The notes: generated from the sequence alone by a model not told the origin. Positions 29,995 to 39,755 are shown, counted from the first letter of the stretch. The stretch: 64,000 nucleotides of DNA from an uncultured bacterium (GCA_965369655.1 CBDUQR010000008.1:12343-76342), one strand, 5' to 3'. Numbers and translations are program-made.

Positions 29995-32900
29995 CTACAG
30001 CCTGCCTGTCAGTGAAATCCTGAGTGTATTCGCCAGCGCAACATTTTTGGATGTCGGAATGTATGCGAAGTCAAATCTGATCCTGTTATACTGCAATCCG
30101 GCGCCAACCGTGAAATAGTTAATCGAACCGGCGTCATCGTTCCTGTAGCCTGCCCTGAGCGCTATGAACGATCCATACCAGTACTCGAAGCCAGCACTCC
30201 AGATTGCTTCCCTGAGCTCTTCGGAGAAGCCATCGTCGAGGTCCGTGATCCTCTTGTTGATCTCGCCAACGAGAGTGAACTTGTTGTACGGATTCCGCAG
30301 CAGGTCGTAAGCAAGTCCAACGGCTACATTTCTGGGCAACGGATCGGACTGCGCGGCATCGATGTAGGCGATGTTCGGACCTAAATTGGTAATCGCCGCT
30401 CCGAATGTCAGCTTGTCAATGGGCGTATCATAAAGAATGCCCGCATCGACGGCGAATGCCGTCGCGGTACCCGACCCAACCTCTGCACCCGACCCTTGTG
30501 GGGAGAGTCGCGAATAGATGATCTTCGCAGTGAGTCCGAACGACAGACCGGGAGAAACCCGAGTTCCATATGTCATACTCATCGCACCATCAAAGGCATG
30601 AAAAGTATCAACTACAGTCGAGCTGCCCTCGAGAGTCCGGGGGATCGAACCGTACGACATGAATGTCACGTTGAATCCGAGCGTTCCCCACTCATCTCCG
30701 AGGTGATGAGCGTATGATATATTTTCATAGTAGAGGTCGTCGGCAAGTTCCGGTGCGTACTTGGCGTGCATCAAAGATAATTCGCTTTTTGCATGCGCGT
30801 ACACAACCACCTTTCGCGGAGTGGCGAACCATCTCTCGCCGTCCTGGAGAATGATCCTGACAGTCCTCTCGGTCTGGAGATTACTGTGAAAATAGCTGCC
30901 GAATCGCTCTCCGTCATACGCTATCGTTCCGAATACTGTCCCAACAAAGACTCGTCCGTCTGAGGCCGCCAGACTGTAAATATGGCTTCCAAGATGATTC
31001 GCATAAATGTGAAACGTCTGGCCCTGTTTGACAGCATCTCCATCGATATGATTGTAGGTTTTGATCAGATGCGCCACACGCTCGGCATTTGCAGGTGACA
31101 GAGTCGGCTCGTGATCGAGCGCCGCCTCAGTTAAGCTCATATCTCTCGGCGCAGAATACGGCCTCCATCCAAACACTCTGAACTCCCCGTTCGCGAGTAT
31201 CTTCAGGCCATGCGTGGTTCCGACCCACAACTTATTGTCGGGACTATTGTACGCCATCGTCGTAATAGGATGTCTGAAGGCCACCGAGAATGGAATCATG
31301 ATCTCCGTACCGGCATCAGGGAAATCCGTCTGCAGGTCGTTCTTCGATTTCAGTTGCTCTGCAATGTCTCTGATATAGCTCTCGTCCACGACACCAGAGA
31401 ACTGTCTCACGATTCGCGTCAGCGTGTCGTTGACAACCGCAGTATATCGATAGTCGCTGCGCCATGTATCGCCGTTGAAAAACCATAGCTCGCTCCCTGC
31501 GGCCGCCCATGCCTTGTCTCGCGAATATCCATAGACTGTTGTGAATTCTTTGTCTACGAGTCCTGTCTCGGCAGCATAGAATGACCAACCGCCTTTGTAG
31601 TAGTGAGCGACGCCTCTGCCTGTAGCAACCCACATTCTATTCCCGTCATAGACGGAAAGATTGTTGATCTTATTTGATGGAAGCCCGTCCTCGACAGTGT
31701 ACTTCTGCCATGCTCTGCCGTTGAACAAAAAGAGGCCGTCCTCAGTGCCGACCCAGAGAAGCTTCTCTGTCGCAGCGATACATGTAGGATCTTTGTCGAA
31801 CGGAAGAGAATACGGCACGTACAGAGCTTCGGGCAAATGGCCTGCGTTCACCGAGTGAATCGAAAACTCAAGTCGGGTTAACTCTTCCCCGGTCAGGCTG
31901 TCATCCGCAGTTGCCGTCTCGTATGCCGACATGAATGCAGAAAACCTCTCCGGAGAAAGCGTCATGTTGTCATACCACTCCGAAAGATTGTTCAAGTCAA
32001 AACTGAACATCGCTGTCGGCTCTTCGCCGTCATTGAAGCCGGCTTTCAGGTTGGCGACTACATCATCAATATCATTGCCGGTGACGCCGTAATTGACGAA
32101 CGACACCTTCTGCTTGAGCAGACTGAGTCTCTCCTCATCCGTCTCTGAAGTAAACGAGGAAATCAGATCGTCAAAAAGCTCTCCCCTTCTGGGAATCAGT
32201 CGCAAACTGGACTCCCATGATTGTGATTCACCGTCCCATCTGGCCAGCCCGGTTGAAGTAATCGCCCAGACGTCATACTTCGTGTAGTTCTCCTGAGGAA
32301 TATCATTCTGAAAGATCGCGATATCCACGATCCTGGTCTCCCAGGGAAGCGAGTAGTCTTTCCAGATCGCCACAAGCACGACATACGGTACCCTGACCAT
32401 CCGAGGCCTGCTCTTCTTCGAGGCACTCTTAAGTGTCTCCAGGACATCCGCATATTCCCGGTCTGTCAGCGACTCATCCTGCAAGACATGGTTGAGTCGT
32501 TCTTCGAGAAATGTAATAGATTCTGAGACGATCTTCAGGTTGTGCCAGTCGATCAAGATTTTCTCGAAAAGCCTGTTGACCTCAGGTCCCTGGGAATCGT
32601 TCAGATATACCAGCAGATGTTGCCGCTCGGCTTCGATCTGATCGTACGACACTCCTGTATTTTCCCGGGCGATCGATCTCACCGAGACCTTGAGCAGTTC
32701 GCGGTCATCCATCCTTGCGTTGGATGCGATATACTGCACGACAGGCATACTCGGGTCGACTTCATACTCGATATAACGCTCTTCGCCCGACTCAGTAACT
32801 CGAGTCATGCCATCCGTGTCCAGCTTAAACTCACCTATCGTCTCAGCGTAAGCATCAGGTACTCGTCCCAGGAGTATGTCGATAGCCTTGGACCGCATCC

Positions 32901-33153
32901 CTTCATCTTTTCTCATGCTGAATTCGTGGTACTGGCTGGTGAGCGGGTATCTGCCGAGACCGGCCGGATTCCAGTGCGTAGCCGTGGCATCATCCGCAAC
33001 CGCAACGAAAGCCTCCCCCATGCCGGCGGCCCTGGCGCCCGGGGCGATCCTCAGAAAAAGAACGCCTGCATCCGACACGCCTGCGTGAGATTCGCCACAG
33101 AGCGCCATGACGCCAATTATTGCAGTCAGAATGACCAGAGTTCTGCTTCGCAT
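29995..33153 (-). CDS. porV: PorV/PorQ-family T9SS outer-membrane protein with a large internal insertion
   Basis: N-terminal FLRIAPGARAAGMGEA..WNPAGL; C-terminal barrel (DAGILY, TNLGP, SDPLP, GFEYWY, LRAGY, FDFAY); lies right after porU. Confidence 0.85.
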   Translation of the reverse strand: MRSRTLVILTAIIGVMALCGESHAGVSDAGVLFLRIAPGARAAGMGEAFVAVADDATATHWNPAGLGRYPLTSQYHEFSMRKDEGMRSKAIDILLGRVPDAYAETIGEFKLDTDGMTRVTESGEERYIEYEVDPSMPVVQYIASNARMDDRELLKVSVRSIARENTGVSYDQIEAERQHLLVYLNDSQGPEVNRLFEKILIDWHNLKIVSESITFLEERLNHVLQDESLTDREYADVLETLKSASKKSRPRMVRVPYVVLVAIWKDYSLPWETRIVDIAIFQNDIPQENYTKYDVWAITSTGLARWDGESQSWESSLRLIPRRGELFDDLISSFTSETDEERLSLLKQKVSFVNYGVTGNDIDDVVANLKAGFNDGEEPTAMFSFDLNNLSEWYDNMTLSPERFSAFMSAYETATADDSLTGEELTRLEFSIHSVNAGHLPEALYVPYSLPFDKDPTCIAATEKLLWVGTEDGLFLFNGRAWQKYTVEDGLPSNKINNLSVYDGNRMWVATGRGVAHYYKGGWSFYAAETGLVDKEFTTVYGYSRDKAWAAAGSELWFFNGDTWRSDYRYTAVVNDTLTRIVRQFSGVVDESYIRDIAEQLKSKNDLQTDFPDAGTEIMIPFSVAFRHPITTMAYNSPDNKLWVGTTHGLKILANGEFRVFGWRPYSAPRDMSLTEAALDHEPTLSPANAERVAHLIKTYNHIDGDAVKQGQTFHIYANHLGSHIYSLAASDGRVFVGTVFGTIAYDGERFGSYFHSNLQTERTVRIILQDGERWFATPRKVVVYAHAKSELSLMHAKYAPELADDLYYENISYAHHLGDEWGTLGFNVTFMSYGSIPRTLEGSSTVVDTFHAFDGAMSMTYGTRVSPGLSFGLTAKIIYSRLSPQGSGAEVGSGTATAFAVDAGILYDTPIDKLTFGAAITNLGPNIAYIDAAQSDPLPRNVAVGLAYDLLRNPYNKFTLVGEINKRITDLDDGFSEELREAIWSAGFEYWYGSFIALRAGYRNDDAGSINYFTVGAGLQYNRIRFDFAYIPTSKNVALANTLRISLTGRL

Positions 33154-33168
33154 ATATCCTCCTGATTT

Positions 33169-36100
33169 CTACTTGAGAACGACGAGTTTTCCAAATCCTT
33201 CTATCAAATCATTGTCACCTTCCGACGGGAAGATCAGCCTTCCCGAAGCGGTGATTCTGTATATATAGACTCCGTTAGCCAGCTTGTCCCCCCGGTTATC
33301 GAAAAGGCTCCACACCGAGGAAAGATTGTGACCTGCATCTGATGGTTGACTGCGCAATGTTTCAATCAATCTACCACGCAACGTATATACTTCTATCGAG
33401 ACGTCCCGAACCGGTTCGGACAGGAAGTACGAAAACCTCGTGTCGCTCGAAGCCGGATTCGGGTAGTTGGCAATCCCTGTTATCCTGAGGTCCTCGGTTT
33501 CACCGACCGCCACATTGAGAACCAGCATGCTCGAGTTGTTGGCCGAATCCCACGACTTGACCCTCAGAGTATGAGAACCATGTTCGAGGGACGGTACTAT
33601 AAACTCGACCTCACCCGACCGAAAACTTCCGGGATAATAAGCAAAATCATCCGTCAAGTCCATATCATACAGAAGCTCATCATCGAATCCGACCTCGATC
33701 CCATGTCCCACCTCTCCGGAGAGATTGATCCCCGAGCTGTCCGACAGCGTTATCGTAAGGCGTTCACCTGCTTCGAGAAGCCCGCCGTTGAACTTGCCGC
33801 CCGCAGCCAGCCTCAGTTCGATCACGGGGCCTGCCGTGTCGGTTATGGTCGGATTGGACCCCGACACCTCAATCGAATCGACTGCGCCTGACGCCTGAGC
33901 AAATTCGTTCACAGCGTACGCGAGAATCTTAGCTGAGTTCTCGCCATAAGAAATATCTTTGGGCACTATAAAACTAAGCTCGAATCGTCCATCCGTAACT
34001 GGCCCCCTGCCTCGGAATATCCTCGGTCCCGGCAACTTGTAATGGAGAGAGTCGTGATGAAGGGTGTCATTTGGGACAAGTTTCTTAGCTTTATTCCTGA
34101 TCGCATCGTAGACCGTCACATAGACATCGCCGTCGAAGCTTTCGTCAATAGAACCATCGGTGTCCACCACATATCCTTCGACCGTTGTAAGAGCGAGAGC
34201 AGTAAGCGAATCCGGACTGACCGATGTGAAAGTGATACCTCTGTCCGGAATACCAAACTTCATGAGCGGATCACCGAATACTATATATAGTCGGTCGTTT
34301 TCGTTTGTCGGTATCTGGCGAAGCAGCTTAGCGACATAGACAACCTCACACAGAGAATACCCGCCCTCACCGAACAGGAGATCAAACGTCTTGTAGTTAA
34401 AACCCGCGTTGTCGCCTGAGAAGACAAACCGGGTAGCCGCCAGTGATCCGATCGCCCCACCCCCGCTGTATCTGAAAAGCTCCTCCGCCATAGCTTCTCT
34501 CAGAGGTGAATCGAACTTCCCGATAGAGCAGGAGGCATTGAAAAACACCGAGAGCTTATCGCTGTTGGCCAGCTTGAACATATCTTCCTTCCAGTAGAAA
34601 ACCCTCTCGTCGGCCCACAGATCGGGATTGCCATGACCGATGTAGTTTATCAATACTGTGCCGTCATTGACAGCCTGGATTATCCTGTCCCGGGCTTTCG
34701 GTTTGTGATTGAATGAATCGAATGGGTAATCGGTCAGATATATCTTCTGAACATCCACAGTGGATGGCGTATGCTCATTAGCGAGAATCTCCGTCTGATT
34801 TGTATGAGCGGCCTCGCTCACCTTGCTGCGGTTTTTCTTGAACTCATCGTCCGCGACAAGTGTAATCAGATTGCGCCATGGCCCGTAGTTCGACCTGTTT
34901 TCATACGAGATTAGTTTCTGGACATACGATCCGATCTCGCCGAGCGACCTGACCGGCCATCGGGCTATGACCATATCGACCCCGCGGTCGACGCCGTACG
35001 ACGTGTCGGAATCGAGAACCCCTCTTCCCGCGAAATTTACGAAATTCTCGTCGGTCACCGCCCTGTCCTCAGCGGCGACATACGGCGGAATGTATATGGT
35101 CTGGTTCCTGCCTAAGTAGTTCCTATAATCGTAGTGGCCGTCCCCTACAATCAGCGCAGCACCGGGCGCAGAGACGGAATTCTCGAAACTGTACTTCAGG
35201 AAATCCCGTATCGCAACCGGATCGAACATACCGGCGGAATACTGCCTGAAAATATCATCGAGATCGACAAGCGCGACCGAGTAGCCCTGCGCCTCCCGAT
35301 ACAATACATATTCTTCGATGGCGTTGTGGAATTCCATGGGAGGTATATTTGGAGCAATGATTATCAGATCATCGTCGTAAGCGACCCGTGGCTCAGCCTG
35401 TGGAGTTACCTGCAGAACCGAAGGCGTTAGCATCTGTGACTTCGAGACAAGAGCGAAACGCTCGAATCGTGAACCGGCAGTGGACCAGTCAAAACTGAGA
35501 GAGCCGCCGTCGATCACAAAATCTGTCAGGAATGCCTGATTGTCGACATCCGCGATGCTCAGGAGAATCATATCCGATCCAGAATTGCCAACAGTATATC
35601 TGTGCACGCCGGGTCCATTCCAGGTGTAGAAATCGAGCGAACCTGATGTGTACGCCAGGTCTGTCGGATAAATAATCTCGAAATAGTCGAGTAGTGGGAT
35701 CAGGTAGTACCTCTCCTGACGGAATTCAATTTTGTTCAAGCCGCTGAAGTGCTCCACCGTAATCACTTTCGGATTCTCAGTTGGATTTGTTCCGTAATGT
35801 GCCCCGTTGACAACGACCGTAAGTGAATCATCAACCGATGTCACGAGAAGAGTACAGGTTGGGAATGGTTGAATATCATCAAGCTGAAAATCTATTTCAA
35901 AGTCGCCATCATCACGCCAGAACCACCTGTAGTAGTCTCTGATATATCCACCCGACCCAATTTCGAGGAACCGGTTCTCTTCGTATCTCCGGAACTTGTG
36001 AAACTCGGTGTGAAGGGTTGGACTGTCCGAATCAGGCGCAACCTGTACTGTCTCCATTCGTTTCGGTAGTTCCGGGAAACTGCCGCCGTGTGTCAGCCAC

Positions 36101-37170
36101 AGATAGGCTGTCGATGTATAGCCATTCCTGACAAGCTCGGGTCTTTTCCTAGATGGATCGACATTCAGGAAATCCGCTCCGTGCGCATAGAAGATGATCT
36201 CATCGCCAACGTCGAGTATCCCATCGGATTCACCCTCGACTCGTATCGCTATTTCACGGAATTCAGGTCTCGCTACACTGTTATCATTCGGCAACTCTCG
36301 GCCACCCATCCAGAAAACCCGAAGCGTCTTCGGATCAATGGACGCTGTATCCATACCTGCATTGCTGAGCGCGGTTCCGCTAATACTGTAGACGCCTGCA
36401 TCTTCAATCCCGATCTTGACCCATGACGCAGAGTGCGCAAACGGATCAAACGTCTCTGCTCTCTTCAGTGCGATAAGAGACGGCTGACGTGGCACGCGCC
36501 AGTTTTTCGCCTGCTCGTAGTTGAGAAGAGTCGCTCTGAAGATTCTCTCGAATGCATCATCCCTGAGCGAAAGAACGCCTGTCTCTGGTGCGGGATCGAA
36601 TTCGACAAGGACTTCTATCTCACCCGCTACAGCCGAGGCTATCCCGCCAGATGAAATCCTGACCGGACTGATCAGCAGTTCGAGAATCCTCTGGTCCCGG
36701 ATGAAATACGGCCCACGTGTTGATAATACCGGATAGCTCGCCGTCGCCTTAGCCTGCTGAAACCGGGCGTTGTCGAACAGGGTCTCCTCACGGGGACGGT
36801 TCAAAGGTTGTGTGATTGGATCTATTCCCTTGTAACTCGATGAAACTACCGACACTCTCGGCTCCGATCCGACCGGAATACCCATTATCACTTTGCGGAT
36901 CGGAATCCTCGCGAATCCCGTCTCTTCGTTCAGAGCGCACCTCGAGATATCAACCATGCGCTCGCCTGACACCTCATCGACTCGTATCTCATACGGCTCG
37001 GGTATATATATGAAGCGAATATGCGAATCGCTCGATTCGAGAATTCGAACATCTCTGTATTCCGGGAGGGAGTCCGCTCTAACCGAGAGGACAGAAATGA
37101 GGACAGCAACAGTCGCGAGAACGACTGGCCGTATCGACCGACTAAATCTTTTGATCACTAAAGCTATCAT
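33169..37170 (-). CDS. porU: T9SS sortase PorU (peptidase C25 family)
   Basis: C25 propeptide-like N-terminus, WVKIGIEDAGVY, DPVAIRDFL, catalytic YIGHG and NASCSIGKFD, FIVPKDISY, VKSWDSANNSS, CTD NYPNP..LANGVYIY..KLVVLK. Start position uncertain. Confidence 0.92.
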   Translation of the reverse strand: MIALVIKRFSRSIRPVVLATVAVLISVLSVRADSLPEYRDVRILESSDSHIRFIYIPEPYEIRVDEVSGERMVDISRCALNEETGFARIPIRKVIMGIPVGSEPRVSVVSSSYKGIDPITQPLNRPREETLFDNARFQQAKATASYPVLSTRGPYFIRDQRILELLISPVRISSGGIASAVAGEIEVLVEFDPAPETGVLSLRDDAFERIFRATLLNYEQAKNWRVPRQPSLIALKRAETFDPFAHSASWVKIGIEDAGVYSISGTALSNAGMDTASIDPKTLRVFWMGGRELPNDNSVARPEFREIAIRVEGESDGILDVGDEIIFYAHGADFLNVDPSRKRPELVRNGYTSTAYLWLTHGGSFPELPKRMETVQVAPDSDSPTLHTEFHKFRRYEENRFLEIGSGGYIRDYYRWFWRDDGDFEIDFQLDDIQPFPTCTLLVTSVDDSLTVVVNGAHYGTNPTENPKVITVEHFSGLNKIEFRQERYYLIPLLDYFEIIYPTDLAYTSGSLDFYTWNGPGVHRYTVGNSGSDMILLSIADVDNQAFLTDFVIDGGSLSFDWSTAGSRFERFALVSKSQMLTPSVLQVTPQAEPRVAYDDDLIIIAPNIPPMEFHNAIEEYVLYREAQGYSVALVDLDDIFRQYSAGMFDPVAIRDFLKYSFENSVSAPGAALIVGDGHYDYRNYLGRNQTIYIPPYVAAEDRAVTDENFVNFAGRGVLDSDTSYGVDRGVDMVIARWPVRSLGEIGSYVQKLISYENRSNYGPWRNLITLVADDEFKKNRSKVSEAAHTNQTEILANEHTPSTVDVQKIYLTDYPFDSFNHKPKARDRIIQAVNDGTVLINYIGHGNPDLWADERVFYWKEDMFKLANSDKLSVFFNASCSIGKFDSPLREAMAEELFRYSGGGAIGSLAATRFVFSGDNAGFNYKTFDLLFGEGGYSLCEVVYVAKLLRQIPTNENDRLYIVFGDPLMKFGIPDRGITFTSVSPDSLTALALTTVEGYVVDTDGSIDESFDGDVYVTVYDAIRNKAKKLVPNDTLHHDSLHYKLPGPRIFRGRGPVTDGRFELSFIVPKDISYGENSAKILAYAVNEFAQASGAVDSIEVSGSNPTITDTAGPVIELRLAAGGKFNGGLLEAGERLTITLSDSSGINLSGEVGHGIEVGFDDELLYDMDLTDDFAYYPGSFRSGEVEFIVPSLEHGSHTLRVKSWDSANNSSMLVLNVAVGETEDLRITGIANYPNPASSDTRFSYFLSEPVRDVSIEVYTLRGRLIETLRSQPSDAGHNLSSVWSLFDNRGDKLANGVYIYRITASGRLIFPSEGDNDLIEGFGKLVVLK

Positions 37171-37186
37171 AACGAAAACCGACAGC

Positions 37187-37214
37187 AAAAAAGCCGGAGT
37201 GTCAGACTTCCGGC
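37187..37214 (-). terminator. intrinsic-terminator-like hairpin in the porU leader
   Basis: GCCGG(A)AGT-CTGAC-ACTCCGGC followed by TTTTTT on the minus strand. Confidence 0.5.
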
Positions 37215-37343
37215 CGCAAAGCCGCCCGAACATCTAAAGGGTTGTACCGCACACAATTCAAACAAAAAAACCTCAATCAGCGTTACAAGTCGTACCCTTT
37301 AGCTGTGTTCGATGGCAACTCCTCTGTCTACGTTTTCGTCGCT

Positions 37344-37372
37344 AAATTAGATTAAATTAGCCTTAGTGTCAA
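37344..37372 (-). promoter_or_regulatory. sigma70-like promoter for the porU gene run
   Basis: TTGACA-17 bp-TAATTT. Confidence 0.6.
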
Positions 37373-37658
37373 GGTTTTTCCATGCGTTATAACACCTTAA
37401 GGGCTGTCAGGTTTCATCTGAATGTGTCAGCCCCGATCCGGTGTCGGCAATCAACTCTACAACGCTTGCAATAAAGCTGCCAGGACTGCTGCATTATTTC
37501 GCATATATGCCCCAAACTCAATTGACAACAGCGAATTACATAACCGTTATCATGTAGCAAATCAGCACGGGTGTTCGATGCTTAGCGAAGAAGCATCGCA
37601 AATCCGGCAGGAGATTGCCAGCGATCTGCAATCTGATTCAGCCTCGATGAGATTTCTT

Positions 37659-37766
37659 GTAGGGCAGCGACCCGTCCCTCAAGGATCGGGATCAGCGACC
37701 GATAGCGAAGCGAAGTGATCCTGCCATTCATACAGAGTGGCAGAGCCGCTTCGGGTTTTGTCCTAC
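37659..37766. repeat. GTAG-type REP-like element
   Basis: GTAGGGCAG...CTGCC..GGCAGAGCC..TTTTGTCCTAC. Internal 28-mer (37674-37701) is shared with 5315-5365. Confidence 0.6.
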
Positions 37767-37919
37767 GGCTGACTACCTTTGTTCAAAAATGTGATTGACC
37801 TCCGCGCTCTGCATACTATATGTTGTCTGCGATCAGGAGTAAACAATCGACGATTGACAGCGTCATTAGATCAAGGCCGGTGACTTTGTCGAAATCGCAA
37901 TCCCTGCGAAGGAGGAAAC

Positions 37920-38279
37920 ATGCCGGGTACATTATGCCACTTTGAGATTATCACGAATGATGTCCTGAAAGCTGAGAAATTCTACACTGAGCTTTTCGGA
38001 TGGACAATATCGCGTGCATATGGCGACGACTACTTGTTCGTGCACACCGGTCAGGAGCCGGATGGCGCGATTGGAAAGGCTGACGAAGAACTGAAGCCGG
38101 GCAATGGCGTCTGCTTCTATTTCGAGGTCGATGACTGCGCAGCGTATTGCGACAAAGCTGTCAGCCTCGGCGGATCGCAGATCAAAGAGAAAGCTGAGAT
38201 TTCGGGTCACGGCTGGTACGCACTCTTCGGCGATCTCGACGGCAACTGCATCGGCCTGTTCGAAGCGTTGAAGAAATGA
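37920..38279 (+). CDS. VOC (glyoxalase/bleomycin resistance) family protein
   Basis: HFEI, FYTELFGW, YFEVDD, DLDGNCIGL; SD AAGGAGG. Confidence 0.92.
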   Translation: MPGTLCHFEIITNDVLKAEKFYTELFGWTISRAYGDDYLFVHTGQEPDGAIGKADEELKPGNGVCFYFEVDDCAAYCDKAVSLGGSQIKEKAEISGHGWYALFGDLDGNCIGLFEALKK

Positions 38280-38306
38280 AGAAGGAAACAGCAATGAGAG
38301 TTGAAT

Positions 38307-39755
38307 ATGAATGACAAACCACCCAAAGCTTTCGTCTCATACAGTTGGTCGTCACCAGGCCATTGTGACAGAATCCGCTCGTACGCCGAACGCCTCGTCG
38401 GCGACGGAGTCGACATCATTCTCGACCAGTGGCATCTGTCCGAAGGACAAGACAAGTACGCTTTCATGGAGAGGATGGTGAGTGATGAATCGGTGACCCA
38501 TGTACTCATCTTCTCCGACCAAGAATATGCTACGAAGGCCGATGGCCGGAAGGCTGGTGTCGGTACTGAGACCCAGATCATCTCCAAAGAGATTTACGAT
38601 AAGACAGACCAGAACAAGTTCATACCAATAGTCTGCGAGAGGCAGGAAGACAACGAGCCGTGCTTGCCAGTTTTCCTAAAGTCTCGCATAATGATTGACT
38701 TCAGTTCCCCCGAATCAACGAATGAACATTGGGAGAAGTTACTTCGTGCGCTATATGGCAAGCCAATTCATACGAAGCCTAGTCTTGGAAAACCACCATC
38801 ATACATTACTGATGATGCCCAGAAACCATCCCTTCCAACCTTGGGCAGATATTTAACATTACGAGATGCCTTGTTGAACGGCAAACCCACTATCCCTCTT
38901 TGTAGGCAAGATTTCATAGACTCCGCGATCTCTTATGCGGATGCATTGCGCGTTCGAGAGGATCCCAATGTCGATCACATCGACGAGAAAGTTCTGGAGG
39001 ACCTCCATACCATGCTTCCGCTCCGGGATCAATTGATTGACTGGCTACTTATTGAGACTGCTCTTCAAACGGACTCGGAGTTCAAGGAAGTTCTTCTTGG
39101 TTTCCTTGAAAAATTGCTTGCCCTCAAGTATCGTCTACCTGAACTGACTCAATGGAACGAATCATGGTTCGATGCCCAGAGGTTCTTCGTGTATGAAATG
39201 TTTCTGTATCTTATCGCAATACTTATCAAGAACAACAGATACGGCACTATTCAGTCATTCCTGACAACTAGCTACTTACTGCCCGAGTCGGAACAGCGGT
39301 TGAGAAGAGATTTTGTCTCATTTGATGAGTTCCACACACACTCTGAAGCGTTAGCATATCGGAATGATCGTCTGAAGCTCAATCGGCTCAGTCCTATCGC
39401 AGACCTTGTTAAAGAACGTGCAACAAGAAAAGATTTACCGTTTCGGGACATTATGCAAGCAGAACTAGTTGTCCTTCTAGTTTCACTTCTTTCTGATGGC
39501 CAGCTTTGGTATCCTCACACGATCGTTTACGCCAGCCGAAACCAACGTTTCCCGTTATTTGTGCGAGCCGCCCAACACAAGTACTTTGAAAGATTGAACA
39601 CGATCACAGGAATCAAGTCAGGCGATGAGCTACGAGAGAAATTCAAAGATGGGTGGGAAGAACATAATACCAACCAATGGATACCCTGGATGTTTAGGAC
39701 AAATGTATCAATTTGGGATTCAATGAACATGGATGCCTTGGATACAATAACATGA
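38307..39755 (+). CDS. SEFIR/TIR-domain protein (bacterial SEFIR anti-phage-like)
   Basis: AFVSYSW..H, GVDIILDQWHLSEGQD..AFME, Y.TKADGR.AGVGTETQII, KFIP; helical C-terminus; visibly more AT-rich than neighbours. Confidence 0.85.
   Translation: MNDKPPKAFVSYSWSSPGHCDRIRSYAERLVGDGVDIILDQWHLSEGQDKYAFMERMVSDESVTHVLIFSDQEYATKADGRKAGVGTETQIISKEIYDKTDQNKFIPIVCERQEDNEPCLPVFLKSRIMIDFSSPESTNEHWEKLLRALYGKPIHTKPSLGKPPSYITDDAQKPSLPTLGRYLTLRDALLNGKPTIPLCRQDFIDSAISYADALRVREDPNVDHIDEKVLEDLHTMLPLRDQLIDWLLIETALQTDSEFKEVLLGFLEKLLALKYRLPELTQWNESWFDAQRFFVYEMFLYLIAILIKNNRYGTIQSFLTTSYLLPESEQRLRRDFVSFDEFHTHSEALAYRNDRLKLNRLSPIADLVKERATRKDLPFRDIMQAELVVLLVSLLSDGQLWYPHTIVYASRNQRFPLFVRAAQHKYFERLNTITGIKSGDELREKFKDGWEEHNTNQWIPWMFRTNVSIWDSMNMDALDTIT

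Noticed and set aside
30796-32955. Intein in porV
   Set aside because: No His-Asn/(Cys,Ser,Thr) junction or LAGLIDADG motifs; the insert shows propeller and LysM-like patterns.
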